Shown here: in pieces, positions 1 through 12,783 of the stretch
Layout: every line of letters begins with the position of its first letter
Position numbering within the stretch: the stretch's first letter is position 1
Assembly (NCBI GenBank): GCA_977017575.1
Contig: CDRNVI010000042.1
Coordinates: forward strand, 1 to 64,000
Direction: 5' to 3'
DNA from: Paramoeba atlantica
Taxonomy: Eukaryota > Protista > Discosea
DNA: 64,000 nucleotides
Notes under the pieces: model-generated
Databases searched by the model: none
The model's input: the letters and a program-made list of their open reading frames with translations, nothing else
Told to the model about the DNA's origin: nothing
Made by a program: the position numbers and the translations under genes

Positions 1-2429
1 CTTCTTCTTCCTTTCTTCCTTTCTTCCTCTTTCTTCCTCTTTCTTCCTCTTTCTTCCTCTCTTCTTCCTTTTCTCCTCTTTCTTCCTCTTTCTTCCTCTT
101 TCTTCCTCTTTCTTCCTCTTTCTTCCTCTTTCTTCCTCTTTCTTCCTCTTTCTTCCTCTTTCTTCCTCTTTCTTCCTCTTTCTTCCTCTTTCTTCCTCTT
201 TCTTCCTCTTTCTTCTCTTTCTTCCTCTTTCTTTCTTCCTCTTTCTTCCTCTTTCTTCCTCTTTCTTCCTCTTTCTTCCTCTTTCTTCCTCTTTCTTCCT
301 CTTTCTTCCTCTTTCTTCCTCTTTCTTCCTCTTTCTTCCTCTTTCTTCCTCTTTCTTCCTCTTTCTTCCTCTTTCTTCCTCTTTCTTCCTCTTTCTTCCT
401 CTTTCTTCCTCTTTCTTCCTCTTTCTTCCTCTTTCTTCCTCTTTCTTCCTCTTTCTTCCTCTTTCTTCCTCTTTCTTCCTCTTTCTTCCTCTTTCTTCCT
501 CTTTCTTCCTCTTTCTTCCTCTTTCTTCCTCTTTCTTCCTCTTTCTTCCTCTTTCTTCCTCTTTCTTCCTCTTTCTTCCTCTTTCTTCCTCTTTCTTCCT
601 CTTTCTTCCTCTTTCTTCCTCTTTCTTCCTCTTTCTTCCTCTTTCTTCCTCTTTCTTCCTCTTTCTTCCTCTTTCTTCCTCTTTCTTCCTCTTTCTTCCT
701 CTTTCTTCCTCTTTCTTCCTCTTTCTTCCTCTTTCTTCCTCTTTCTTCCTCTTTCTTCCTCTTTCTTCCTCTTTCTTCCTCTTTCTTCCTCTTTCTTCCT
801 CTTTCTTCCTCTTTCTTCCTCTTTCTTCCTCTTTCTTCCTCTTTCTTCCTCTTTCTTCCTCTTTCTTCCTCTTTCTTCCTCTTTCTTCCTCTTTCTTCCT
901 CTTTCTTCCTCTTTCTTCCTCTTTCTTCCTCTTTCTTCCTCTTTCTTCCTCTTTCTTCCTCTTTCTTCCTCTTTCTTCCTCTTTCTTCCTCTTTCTTCCT
1001 CTTTCTTCCTCTTTCTTCCTCTTTCTTCCTCTTTCTTCTCTTTCTTCCTCTTTCTTCCTCTTTCTTCCTCTTTCTTCCTCTTTCTTCCTCTTTCTTCCTC
1101 TTTCTTCCTCTTTCTTCCTCTTTCTTCCTCTTTCTTCCTCTTTCTTCCTCTTTCTTCCTCTTTCTTCCTCTTTCTTCCTCTTTCTTCCTCTTTCTTCCTC
1201 TTTCTTCCTCTTTCTTCCTCTTTCTTCCTCTTTCTTCCTCTTTCTTCCTCTTTCTTCCTCTTTCTTCCTCTTTCTTCCTCTTTCTTCCTCTTTCTTCCTC
1301 TTTCTTCCTCTTTCTTCCTCTTTCTTCCTCTTTCTTCCTCTTTCTTCCTCTTTCTTCCTCTTTCTTCCTCTTTCTTCCTCTTTCTTCCTCTTTCTTCCTC
1401 TTTCTTCCTCTTTCTTCCTCTTTCTTCCTCTTTCTTCCTCTTTCTTCCTCTTTCTTCCTCTTTCTTCCTCTTTCTTCCTCTTTCTTCCTCTTTCTTCCTC
1501 TTTCTTCCTCTTTCTTCCTCTTTCTTCCTCTTTCTTCCTCTTTCTTCCTCTTTCTTCCTCTTTCTTCCTCTTTCTTCCTCTTTCTTCCTCTTTCTTCCTC
1601 TTTCTTCCTCTTTCTTCCTCTTTCTTCCTCTTTCTTCCTCTTTCTTCCTCTTTCTTCCTCTTTCTTCCTCTTTCTTCCTCTTTCTTCCTCTTTCTTCCTC
1701 TTTCTTCCTCTTTCTTCCTCTTTCTTCCTCTTTCTTCCTCTTTCTTCCTCTTTCTTCCTCTTTCTTCCTCTTTCTTCCTCTTTCTTCCTCTTTCTTCCTC
1801 TTTCTTCCTCTTTCTTCCTCTTTCTTCCTCTTTCTTCCTCTTTCTTCCTCTTTCTTCCTCTTTCTTCCTCTTTCTTCCTCTTTCTTCCTCTTTCTTCCTC
1901 TTTCTTCCTCTTTCTTCCTCTTTCTTCCTCTTTCTTCCTCTTTCTTCCTCTTTCTTCCTCTTTCTTCCTCTTTCTTCCTCTTTCTTCCTCTTTCTTCCTC
2001 TTTCTTCCTCTTTCTTCCTCTTTCTTCCTCTTTCTTCCTCTTTCTTCCTCTTTCTTCCTCTTTCTTCCTCTTTCTTCCTCTTTCTTCCTCTTTCTTCCTC
2101 TTTCTTCCTCTTTCTTCCTCTTTCTTCCTCTTTCTTCCTCTTTCTTCCTCTTTCTTCCTCTTTCTTCCTCTTTCTTCCTCTTTCTTCCTCTTTCTTCCTC
2201 TTTCTTCCTCTTTCTTCCTCTTTCTTCCTCTTTCTTCCTCTTTCTTCCTCTTTCTTCCTCTTTCTTCCTCTTTCTTCCTCTTTCTTCCTCTTTCTTCCTC
2301 TTTCTTCCTCTTTCTTCCTCTTTCTTCCTCTTTCTTCCTCTTTCTTCCTCTTTCTTCCTCTTTCTTCCTCTTTCTTCCTCTTTCTTCCTCTTTCTTCCTC
2401 TTTCTTCCTCTTTCTTCCTCTTTCTTCCT
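1..2429. repeat. Microsatellite (TTTCTTCCTC)n, about 240 copies
   Basis: Near-perfect 10-bp periodicity from base 1; ends abruptly in ...CTTCCT|GCTGACGAC, in the middle of an RT coding sequence. Confidence 0.98.
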
Positions 2430-3663
2430 GCTGACGACGAGACAGAACGCCGGCGGTTTATAGCATGGACCCGGGATGACAACGCGCGGATTAAGGAGGT
2501 TTATGAGCCACAAGTACCGGTAAAACATGCACCCTATTATCTCCATCGAGCCCGACAGGACTCGGCGGTAAAGCGTGATCTGGCATGCGGTTTTTTTCAG
2601 GTCGCGATTCCATCCGAAAGTAGGGTGAAGTTCAGATTTTTTATACCGCAGTGGGCAAGTATATGAAATGAATGTGATGCCGATGGGACACCGGTGTGCC
2701 CCAGAGTTGATGCACTCGTTAACCGCGACAGTAGCGGGAGATCCAGCTTACTGTAATAAGAAATCGGCGTTTTCCCACAATGGTCTGGATGTGTATATCG
2801 ACGGCATTCGTTACGCTTCTAGTGACAAAAATACACAGGAATATGCCGCGTTTATAGATCGACGGGCGCAGCACGTTAACGCCCGTTTTAAGGAGGTTGG
2901 GGTGCCACCTTTGCAGAACTACACATTCAATGGAGTCAATTATCACCACCGATCAGGGAAAGTTGCATTGGGACCCAAGATAACGCGAAGACTTCAGAAT
3001 GATAACTACATGCATACCACATACTCTGGGCTGGAAGCCGGTGTTGGGAGGCTCATTTTTGCTTCGGCAATCATGGGCATACCGATTCCCCAATATCATC
3101 TATTCTTGAAAATTGTCCGACGACGAATCAATCATTTAAATCGCGATCCTTGTCTATTGGATACTGTCGTACCTTTACCATTACGAGTGCGAGTGAAGTT
3201 GACCGAGTGGCGCGATTCCTTGATCTATTGTTCTCCAGTGGACCCGGTCCGACATCCTGATACAGTACCACATCAGCACGTTCTATTTACCGATGCGTCG
3301 TCCACCGGGTGGGGGGCGGTGCTTTACCTCGACTATGGGAAAGTTTTATGTACCGGAGCCTCCTGGCCGGAGGGTTTCAAGTACGAAGTGAATCGGGCCG
3401 AAGCTCGGGCAGTACGTTTGGCGTTTGAGAAGTACGGGCATCACTTTCAGCGAGATACATGCGTAGATTTATTTGTTGACAATACATCCTGTTTAGCAGC
3501 GATCAATAGGAAAGTGTCAGGATCTGATGGCATTACTTCGGAGTTGTATGGTTTGTTGAAATATTTGAAGCGTCAAGGAATTGCAGTACAGGCAGAATAT
3601 ATTGCATCAAAAGAAAATCCTGCAGATCCATATAGCAGAATGTGTGAAGAGAAAAAGCATTGA
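2427..3663 (+). pseudogene. 5'-truncated RT/RNase H ORF of a VIPER-like YR retrotransposon, one frameshift near 2640-2660
   Basis: From 2427 reads PADDETERRRFIAWT...KRDLACGFFQV; ORF 2668-3663 has MPMGHRCAPE, YIDG, TDASSTGWGAV, VDNTS, NPAD. Homologous to 21823-24423. Confidence 0.9.
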
Positions 3664-3850
3664 TACAATCAATAACCAGGAAGAACGGATATTCGAGCGA
3701 TTTTGATATGTATGGGATGTAAGTTGATGTGAGGATTGGGCAATGTGTGAGTGAGAGTACGAGGTGATGAGGGGGGCTCTCAGGTAGTAGGCGACCTGGG
3801 GGTTTCGCCTGGGGGTTTCATTACTAGCGTGTGGGTGAGTGTGAGAACTG

Positions 3851-4457
3851 GCGAGTGGGTGTTCCCCGCCGGGGAACTACCCATTCGCAAGAGAGAGAGA
3901 GAGGTGAAGATTGTTTTTATAAGGACGTCCTTTAGTACTATATTCATCAAATAATTTAATTTATAGTAACGTTCAAAACACAGGTATTTGGGTGCCTCGT
4001 ATTTAATTTATATTGAGTGATTACAAATTAATTATTTGTTTATTAAAATTATATTCTGATGAGCAATTCTTATAGTTTACGGAAAGAATTGATCAAAGAA
4101 GATACTTTTGATTCTGTATGAGATCTGACCGTGGCCCTACGGGGCACATGATATTTAATATTATGATCTGATTTCAGTGTGACATTGCCCCCTCTGGGGG
4201 GAACCATGTATATTTGTAGATTATCAATTATACAATACTATACTTTATTATTACACTAGTAGCTTTTCTCTAATTTCGCAAAAGGAAAGTTGCCCCACCC
4301 GCCATCCCCCGAACCACTCCCCGCCGGGGAACTACCCATTCGCAAGAGAGAGAGAGGTGAAGATTGTTTTTATAAGGACGTCCTTTAGTACTATATTCAT
4401 GAAATAATTTTATTTATAGTAACGTTCAAAACACAGGTATTTGGGTGCCTCGTATTT
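3851..4457 (+). mobile_element. 3' split-direct-repeat end of a YR element (B1-A2-spacer-partial B2)
   Basis: B repeat starts at 3863 and 4318 (TCCCCGCCGGGGAACTACCCATTCGC...); TTCT at 4067-4070; C-rich spacer 4293-4317; hairpin 3851-3888. Confidence 0.85.
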
Positions 4458-4671
4458 AAATTATTGAAGTTTACGGATAGAATTTGACGAGAAATATATT
4501 TTCGAAGTGATATGGATAGGATGCCCCGCCGGGGGGCATTGTACCTGTTTTTGTTTTAAACAATAAAATTGTGTTAATACTGATATACAAATATCCCGTA
4601 GTACGATATTCGAATATTTATAATTCAATTACTCAGGTTTACTGTTCTCGACAAAAGTTTCTTTTGTCTCT

Positions 4672-4709
4672 ATCTTTAACGATAAAGATACAGTTTCTGT
4701 ACCTTGTTG
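4672..4709 (+). other. Spliced-leader-like sequence joined to a YR A-repeat exon
   Basis: ATCTTTAACGATAAAGATACAGTTTCTGTACCTTGTTG is followed by GTTTACTGTTCTCGACAAAAGTTTC, the same sequence that follows CAG at 4634-4636. Confidence 0.9.
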
Positions 4710-4779
4710 GTTTACTGTTCTCGACAAAAGTTTCTCGACAAAAGTTTCTCGACAAAATGACTCTGGCCCCGACCTTGCC

Positions 4780-5167
4780 TTCTGGCCCCGACCTTGCCAT
4801 CATGTGGCCCCACATGGGGGAAGTCCTGTACGATTTCACCGTTGTTCACACTTGCTGCGCCAGCTATGCCAAACAAACTAGCACAGCACTGATGCAGCAA
4901 GTTATTGATAAGAAGTTCAAGAAATACGTCGTAGAAAAAGGCGTCGATAGCGATTCTTTTCGTTGCCTGGCCACAACTGATTGTGGCCTACTACATAACG
5001 ACACGAAAGTGCTGTTGAAGGCGTTGGCGAACCGAGCCCAGTTAAAATACGAAAACGTACGGCAAGCCCTTCAGCTCGAAATCGAAAAGATGACGGCATA
5101 CACGGTTGTTTCGCAACTTCGTCATTACATCCCGAAGGAGAACTGGATCGGAGGACTTCGATCTTAG
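4780..5167 (+). pseudogene. C-terminal (RLE) fragment of a CRE-like non-LTR retrotransposon
   Basis: SGPDLAIMWPHMGEVLYDFTVVHTCC...LEIEKMTAYTVVSQLR, close homologue of the end of the 39996-42065 ORF. Confidence 0.88.
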
Positions 5168-5620
5168 GTCAAAAATGTTCCTCAAATGCGAACAGAGCTT
5201 TCTGTCTTTCTCCCTTCCCTTCTCTCTCTTTTCTTTACTCTTTCTCTTGCCTAGAGAAAGACCTCAGCGAGCTCTCCCCCCTTTCCTCCTCCTACGAATC
5301 CTAATCCTAATATTAGATTTCATTGAGAGTTACGAATGTTGCTAGTTTCCTTGATGATCGTACCGTTGTTTAGGTTTCTCATTAATACTACTACTCTTCC
5401 CCCTCTTCCGCCTATGCAGAATCGTGAGAACTTGTATGTATTGTTTCTGGTAGAAATATTGTTCTGTTTGTTGATTTTGTGTTGTGTGAAGGCTATTCGT
5501 AAACACTGAAAGTCTATGAAAAGAAACTGAGATGAATGTTCACAGACAGTGACACTAAACAAAAGGATTAAATCCCCAAATGCATATATACGAATTATTG
5601 TCCCCGAAATATAATATGAA

Positions 5621-6742
5621 ATGACCGTAATCGACATTCCTTTGACAGCCCGAAGGTCATCACGCAGTGCTTCTCCGGCCTCTGAGCCGCTCGTGCCTAC
5701 CGAGCCGCTTAGTCAGCAGGAGTTAAGTTTGGTTTGTACAGTGGCAAGGGAGAAATTGTTGTTCAAAAAATCGGTACAAGTGCGTGCGATCTTTCGACGG
5801 AAAGATGATTTAAATGGTGGTCGACAGACTGTGATGGGAAAGTTGCGAAAGGATGGCCTGGATTTATGGGCGGTGTGGGAGGACAAACCGTCCAAGGAGT
5901 ACCAGTTTCCTCATCCGGATTTGGGTTATTATGAGCTCAACATTATCGAAGATCGAGAACTACCACCCGCTCTTATTGAGAACTCTTCGCAATTACTCAC
6001 CGATGAAACGCATCAGCTGGGCTCACGTAATGAGGCTTCCGGCATGCAAGAGGTAATTGGGGGGAGAACTGGTGCCGCACCAATTTCAGAGGCTTTACGG
6101 GAAGGCAGATTACTCGACCCGAATGCATTGAACGCCTACGAACCTTTGACTTACGAGCCTTGGATTAATGCGGCGGATGACGATGGTTTTCGCACTAGGG
6201 ACCTGATTCGCGAGCTTCAGGATGCGCCTGAGTTTGGTTTACGCGTTAATCAGTTTTATCATGATCGCACGTTTATTAAGCAGCAAGAGCGTTTGTTTAA
6301 TTCTGTATTTTGCAAGTGGATTATTTTTGCGCGTTTGATACCCAACTGGAATGAAGGTGTGTACCTCGAAATGGGACGTGGGATTGTGCAGACACTTCGT
6401 GACGCGTACTGGCGAGCACGCCGCGTAGATGTGGACTTGGTCCATCAAAAAATGGAGAAGGATATCCGTCCGGACGACAAGTTTTATCATCACGTGAATG
6501 ATCAATTGGTTGAGCGACAGAAGCAATATGCACGTGTTCAGTCTTTCTCTGCTCCACCATCTATGCAAGTTTCGCGTCCAAATCAGTTCCCACCGCGACA
6601 TAATGCATATCCTCCACGACGAAATTTATTATGCTTTGGATGTCGGTCGCCTGATCACATTTGGCGCAACTGCCCGAAGCGATTCCAGCAGGATTTTCGA
6701 GGACGGGTGGCTGGCCCTGCCCACAGCAGCAAGAGTTTCTGA
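5621..6742 (+). CDS. Gag-like protein of a YR retrotransposon, C-terminal CCHC zinc knuckle
   Basis: 373-aa ORF with CFGCRSPDHIWRNCP; shares DPYEP..W.P..D..D.F..R.L.REL..AP..G.R with the other gag ORFs; precedes YR and RT. Confidence 0.88.
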   Translation: MTVIDIPLTARRSSRSASPASEPLVPTEPLSQQELSLVCTVAREKLLFKKSVQVRAIFRRKDDLNGGRQTVMGKLRKDGLDLWAVWEDKPSKEYQFPHPDLGYYELNIIEDRELPPALIENSSQLLTDETHQLGSRNEASGMQEVIGGRTGAAPISEALREGRLLDPNALNAYEPLTYEPWINAADDDGFRTRDLIRELQDAPEFGLRVNQFYHDRTFIKQQERLFNSVFCKWIIFARLIPNWNEGVYLEMGRGIVQTLRDAYWRARRVDVDLVHQKMEKDIRPDDKFYHHVNDQLVERQKQYARVQSFSAPPSMQVSRPNQFPPRHNAYPPRRNLLCFGCRSPDHIWRNCPKRFQQDFRGRVAGPAHSSKSF

Positions 6743-6805
6743 CAAAACCACACCCTAACGGCCAGTTCTATAGTAACATTCAAACGAAACAGAACGACAC
6801 TTTTA

Positions 6806-7837
6806 ATGCAAGTTCCCAAAAGGAGAAGAGTGGAAGAGAACATTGTACCAGTGGATGTTCGCAATGTGCAGAATTTATCAGGGAGATACGTGAGATGCGA
6901 GAATTTTTACGGCGGAACTTTTAGTTTGCAAGTAGCGGATACGGCGCGCGGAAATCTAGTGAAATTACTAATGGGGGTCACAGCAATGACCCCGGAAATC
7001 AGGCAGGCATTGGATGCGATGGGAAATATGTGGAGCGCATCGACTTGGCAGGCGAGGGCAAGGTTGTGGGAAAGGTTGACGGCCTTTTGTCATTGGAAAC
7101 AAATCGAAATCACCCCAATTCATGCAGTAACTTTCATCGCAAGTTTACCAATCAAAATCCAAGGAAAGTTGTCATACGCCCGAAGTTTGGCGTCCCTACT
7201 CAACTTAGCCGGCAAGGGAACGAACCCGCTACGTTTTTACATCAAGTCACTCATGGCGGAGGGTGCGACGGAGCCGCACCGTCAAATGGCGCCACTAACG
7301 CCGGAGTTACTGAAACAATTGTGGAACCACCTTCCTCACAGCGAAAGACATACGTTGCTGCTTTGTTGGAAGGCGGCAAGCCGGTGGTCCGAGACAGCGA
7401 TGCTCACACGCGACAGATTCCACGAAGTGTCTTCGACAAGAATCGTGATATGGTGGGGCAGACAGACCAAAGAATCGCGGTACAACCCGTATCGAGCGTC
7501 AATGTATACGGTTGTGGAAGGGCCGGGCACGGATCGTCTAGCGGATTACATAACAAAGCTGGGGCAGTTGCAGCCGATGTCAAGAACATCGGTATCCGAA
7601 GTGGATGCGAAGATACGCCGAATTCTGGGGACAGGTTTCGGCTCACACTCAGCGAAACGAGGAGCAATAACACCGCTGTTTGCGGAAGTAGTGAAGGGCA
7701 ATACGCGCCTCGAGGAAGTACAACGATTAGCAAAGCATCAGTCCCTCGATTCGCTTCTTCGATACAACGCCGACCCGGTTACCACCGCGTTGGTGTTGGG
7801 CACGCAGAAAGCAACCAGCAAGTTACGGATCATGTAG
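6806..7837 (+). CDS. Tyrosine recombinase of a VIPER/TATE-like element
   Basis: 343 aa; WKAASRWSE (Arg), QTK, HSAKRGA, LAKH, LLRY (Tyr). Confidence 0.9.
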   Translation: MQVPKRRRVEENIVPVDVRNVQNLSGRYVRCENFYGGTFSLQVADTARGNLVKLLMGVTAMTPEIRQALDAMGNMWSASTWQARARLWERLTAFCHWKQIEITPIHAVTFIASLPIKIQGKLSYARSLASLLNLAGKGTNPLRFYIKSLMAEGATEPHRQMAPLTPELLKQLWNHLPHSERHTLLLCWKAASRWSETAMLTRDRFHEVSSTRIVIWWGRQTKESRYNPYRASMYTVVEGPGTDRLADYITKLGQLQPMSRTSVSEVDAKIRRILGTGFGSHSAKRGAITPLFAEVVKGNTRLEEVQRLAKHQSLDSLLRYNADPVTTALVLGTQKATSKLRIM

Positions 7838-9262
7838 AGGCAAGTGAAATTTTTCGTAAGTTCTTGGATGACATACCACAGGAAAAGGTGCGTCACACTA
7901 TTACCAGAACGCGAAGGACGTCAAACGTCGCGTTACCGAAGGATTATTCTATTCCATTGCATATCAAGCAGGGTATTCCCCGGATGTCGGTTAAGAAGTT
8001 GAGAGAAATGATGAATGAGGAGACTGGTGATCGATTCGATGAGACATTGGAGACTTTATTACGTTTACCGGAACAGGCATCCACCATTCCGCTATATAAG
8101 TCGTTTTTGCCGCACAATGACATAAAGGAATTAGCAGCGGCGGGTTTCATTTCCAGAGTATCAGACGAAGAAGCTAAGGTGCGGCCGTCTTTGGATTGGG
8201 TGATACCTTTCACAGTTGTGGAACCTGGTGAACATGAACATTCCGAACGTCGTCGTTTTATAGCGTGGACGCAGGCAGATAATGATCGCATTAAGGAAAT
8301 ATATGAACCGTATGTCCCCGTTAGACATGCAGCGTATTATCTGCACCGCGCCAAAGAAGAAAGTGCCGTCAAACGGGATTTGGCGTGTGGGTTTTGGCAG
8401 GTCGCAATACCAGAGGAAAGTCGTCAAAAGTTTCGCTTTAAAGACGCAAAAGGGGATCTATACGAATTGACTGTAATGCCCATGGGGCATCGGTGCGCTC
8501 CCGAGTTAATGCACACCTTGACAGCAACTCTAGCAGGTGACAGAAATTACTGTACCGAAAAGCACGCGTTCTTTTATTCCGGACTGGACGTTTATATTGA
8601 TGGTATCCGTTTTGCCGCGAGGGATGAGATAGCAAATAAGTACGCTCGTTTTGTGGATGATAGAGCAGACAGATTAAATGCCTTGTTTAAAGATCGTGGA
8701 GAGCCGCCCGCACAGATTTACACATTCAATGGAATCAAGTATTTTCATAGACAAGGGAAAGTGGCTTTAGGAGACAAAATTTCGCGGCGATTGCGACAGG
8801 ATGACTTTGCTGCAGCCACTTATGCATCTTTGGAATCGGGGTTTGGCCGCCTTATTTTCGCCTCCGCTGTAATGGGTGTTCACCTTCCTCACTATCACTT
8901 GGAAATGAAAATTGTTCGTCGTCGGATTAATAATCTAAATCGCGACCCTACTTTGCTGGATAAGCCCGTTTCCTTACCGACACCGGTGCAATTCGCACTT
9001 TCGGAGTGGCGAGATAAGCTGTTGTATAAAACTCCCGTCGATCCACCTCCACACCCAGACACGGTGCCGCATAACCATATTTTGTGTACAGACGCATCCT
9101 CTACGGGATGGGGTGCGGTCCTGTATTTGGATTACGGGCAAGTCGTTTGTGCTGGGTCGCGGTGGCCACCTGTTTTTGAGTATGAAGTCAATCGCGCAGA
9201 GGCACGCGCCGTTCGCCTCGCCTTTGGAAAATTTGGCCATCACTTTGGTAGGGATACCCACG
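7030..9262 (+). CDS. RT/RNase H of the same YR element, overlapping the YR ORF; 3' end broken by a junction near 9262
   Basis: KRDLACGFWQV, MPMGHRCAPE, YIDG, TDASSTGWGAV, NRAEARAV; then jumps into sequence matching about 22860 onward. Confidence 0.88.
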
Positions 9263-9274
9263 ACAAAGCTAGCC

Positions 9275-9840
9275 GACGCACGACAAAGCTAGCGACGAAT
9301 GAACAATTGAATTTGCCGTTGCATGTGAAAAAGATTCCCGCTATGGATGTAAAAGCGATTGAGATGAAAATGAATGATACAACGAAAAGGCGGTTTCAAG
9401 ACACTATGGAGAAGTTATTGCATTTACAACGAACACCGGATAGGGAGCCGAACATGGGGCCAAAATTATCAGTGCCAGACATTGAGGACTTAGTTCAAGC
9501 CAAAATTCTATCAAAAGTTACACACGAAGAGGAGCGGAAACGTCCTTCCAACCAATGGATAAATTTTTTTATCAATGGATTATAATACCGTGATTGAGCC
9601 AGCAGACGATACAGCAGAAACTGAAAGAAGAAGATTTATAGCTTGGACAAAGGAGGATAACACGAGAATAAAGAACGAATATCTGCCATATGTTCCCCTG
9701 AAACATGCGGCTTATTACTTACATCGAGCCAAGGAATCATATGGGTTGAAGCGAGACATGGCATGCGGATTCTATCAGGTGCCAATTCCGTTATATTCTC
9801 GAGCAAAATTTCGATTTCGATCAGAGAACGGTGAATTGTA
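9275..9840 (+). pseudogene. Duplicated RT fragment, near-identical to about 22860-23410
   Basis: Nucleotide match with an indel near 9565; RRTTKLATNEQLNLPLHVKK...RFRSENGELY. Confidence 0.9.
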
Positions 9841-9877
9841 TAAAAGTTTACGAAAAGAATTGTACAATGGAAATTTT

Positions 9878-11170
9878 GATTTCTGAGAATTATATTTACG
9901 TTAGTTGGCCGACGGGCATTGTACGTTTGTTATTCATAAACTAGTTTATATAGTGACACAAAACATTATACAGTGAACTGGTAATAGAGCGCGTTTTTAT
10001 CCTTTGAAACTTTTTGCCCATACAAACGCACATCACCGCCGGATTTTCGTCAGCGGACGGCTGGCAACGCCCCCCAGGGCGGAAAGTCGTTATGAAACGC
10101 CCGTCCATTAATCGCCAGTGTTCCTCGAGTCACATACACGCGTATAGATCCAGGAACGAACATCTCGCATATAATACCCGCCAAACGCGGCAGAAGCAAA
10201 GCAGTCAAATACAAGAGGATACATCCAGGGGATCAAAGGGAGAGTGTAGCGAAGAGAACGCGAGTGATACAAGGGGGTGTAAAAAATGTGAAAGACTCGA
10301 ATGGAAGATCAATTGCTTGTGGAAATTTGTACCAGGGAACATTGAGCCTGGAATGCAGGAGTGTGGCTCGGAAAAATCTTTTGAGTCTGTTGATGGGGGT
10401 AAGCAGGATTACTCCCGAGGTACGCGTGGCATTGGACGCGATGTCCGGAATGTGGAGCTCGTCGACGTGGGAGACACGAGCAAGGTTGTGGGAAAGGTTC
10501 CTGGTATATTGCACCGGGAATCATATAAGACAGACACCCCTTCACGCAGTGACGTTCGTGCAACTTCTGCCAGTGTCAATACAAACCAAGGTGTCCTACG
10601 GAAGGGCGCTAATGACCTTATTCAACCTGATCGGATTAAATACTGTCCCAATAAAATTCTTTTGCAAAGCTCTTCAGGCACAAGGAGCAGAGGAGCCAGT
10701 ACATCAGATGCAGCCGTTGACACCATTCCTACTGAACAAGATACGAAGAAGGTGCACCCAATCCGAAAGTCAAACATTGCTGATGTGCTGGAAGGCAGCA
10801 TCCCGTTGGTCCGAAACCGCCAATTTGACCAAGGACAAATTCGTGGAAATATCACCGCAAAAGGTTGTAATTGCTTGGGGAAGGGGGACAAAGGCTACAA
10901 GGTGCAACACGTGGCACCTAGGGTGGTCCCCGCGTGGACACCCGTTCGAGAAAGGGAGGGAAGGGAGTTCTCTCCAGGAAAAAGTTCATGAGGTATATAA
11001 AATAGATTTGATACTTACTTCGCGAAGTTGATATTACAGTACTGGTGAAGATAATGTCTTTTACTCTGTTGTCCATGATGGATGTTATATTTCGGTAGCT
11101 CTGTAGTTCTACAGATTAAACATTACAGTTTACATACGCTTACTATATCTGATTGACTATATGTTTTTCT
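9878..11170 (+). mobile_element. Fragments of a sister YR family: A repeat, gag tail, partial YR, B repeat
   Basis: TTCT-GAGAATT A start (also at 42327); gag tail PDFRQRTAGNAPQGGKSL* ending 10095; YR 10264 to about 10915 (WKAASRWSE); B start GGGTGGTCCCCGCGTGGACACCCG at 10921. Confidence 0.8.
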
Positions 11171-11189
11171 TCCGGAAGTGCAATTCTGA

Positions 11190-12480
11190 GCTAAACGTAA
11201 TGCCGATGGGACATCGTTGTGCGCCTGAAATAATGCACACAATCACCGCTACACTGGCAGGAGACCCGAAGTGCTGCACAGAGCAGGGTGCATATTCCGA
11301 CTCTTTTCAGGCAGATGTTTATGTCGATGGGTTGAGATTTGCTGGTACAATTGAACAAACCGAAAAATATAAGGATTTTGTGGATAAGCGCGCACAGGAA
11401 GTGGGAGTAACGTTCAAGGATATAGGCAAAGAACCGATGCAACAGTACGTTTTTAATGGAGTAGAATACTGCCATGAGGAAGGAAAAGTTAGAATGGGAC
11501 CTAAAATCGTGAAGCGCATGCAAAACGATCGTTTTCGGAACACGACTTATGGAAAATTGGAGTCAGCAGTTGGAAGGTTGGTTCACGCATCGTCGGTTCT
11601 GGGTGAGCCCATCGCGAATTATCATTTTACGTTAAAATTGGTTCGTCGGCGTATAAATGCACTAAACAACAATCCATCATTACTGGACAGGACAGCGTAT
11701 CTCCCCCCGTATGTAACGATAGAGTTAACCAGGTGGAAGCACATATTGACTTCCAACAGATTAATAACCCCACCACCGCATCCTGACACAGTGCCACACC
11801 GCCACAGAATTTACACCGACGCATCGGGAACAGGTTGGGGAGCGATTCTCTACTTAGATTTTGGTCCTATTGTTTGTGTGGGAGATAGGTGGGAAGATGA
11901 TTTCGTGTACGAAGTAAACCGAGCCGAGACGAGGGCCGTTCGTCTTGCGTTCGAAAAATTAGCGCATCACTTTCGACGTGGAACCTGTATCGATTTATTT
12001 ATCGATAACACTTCGTGTCTAGCATCCATCAAGAAGAAGTCTACGAAGTCGGATGGGATCAGTATGGAGCTCACTGGGCTGTTGAATTTTTTAAGGAAGC
12101 AAGGAATTGCAGTTCAACCCCATTATGTAGCATCGAAAGAGAACCCCGCTGACCCATTGAGCCGGCAAAGAATTGCGAAAGGGGAAACAAGTGACTAGCG
12201 AAAGGGTGGTCCCCGCGTGGACACCCGTTCGCGATAGGGAGGGATGTATATCTCTCTGGGAGGTGAAAAGGATAGGTATAAAATATTTGATTATTTTGCG
12301 TACAAATAATGAAAGATGCATCATATTGGAAATTCAGCATACAGATGGATAGTAGGTTTAAAAGATAATGAGAAATACATGTATGTTAAAATATTTTGAG
12401 ATATTTCAATAGCAGATTAATATTAGGACTCGAGTAGTATGTACTTGTGAAATTAATGTTTCTTTCCCGGAGAGCAATTC
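11190..12480 (+). pseudogene. RT/RNase H 3' half plus B1 repeat, duplicate of about 23415-24705
   Basis: Apparently identical sequence by eye, including YVDG, TDASGTGWG and a B1 ending GAGCAATTC. Confidence 0.92.
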
Positions 12481-12783
12481 ATATACAAATATCCCGTAGT
12501 ACGATATTCGAATATTTATAGTTCAATTTTTTTTTTTTTAATCCTTTTGTTTATACCTATTCATTTCAAAAGTGGTCTTAAGCATAATTTTATCTTTGCA
12601 GAAATTTATCGCAGCATAATTTTATCTTTTCAGAATTTTTATCGCAGTAGAATTTCATCGCAACGAAATTTATCTCAGCAAAACTAGAAAAAGTTAGCAT
12701 AAATAATGATCGCAGGCACCGCAGACCTGAATATCAAGAACACCATATGCAGTGTTGTATTTTGATTTTTGAGGTGACATGCA

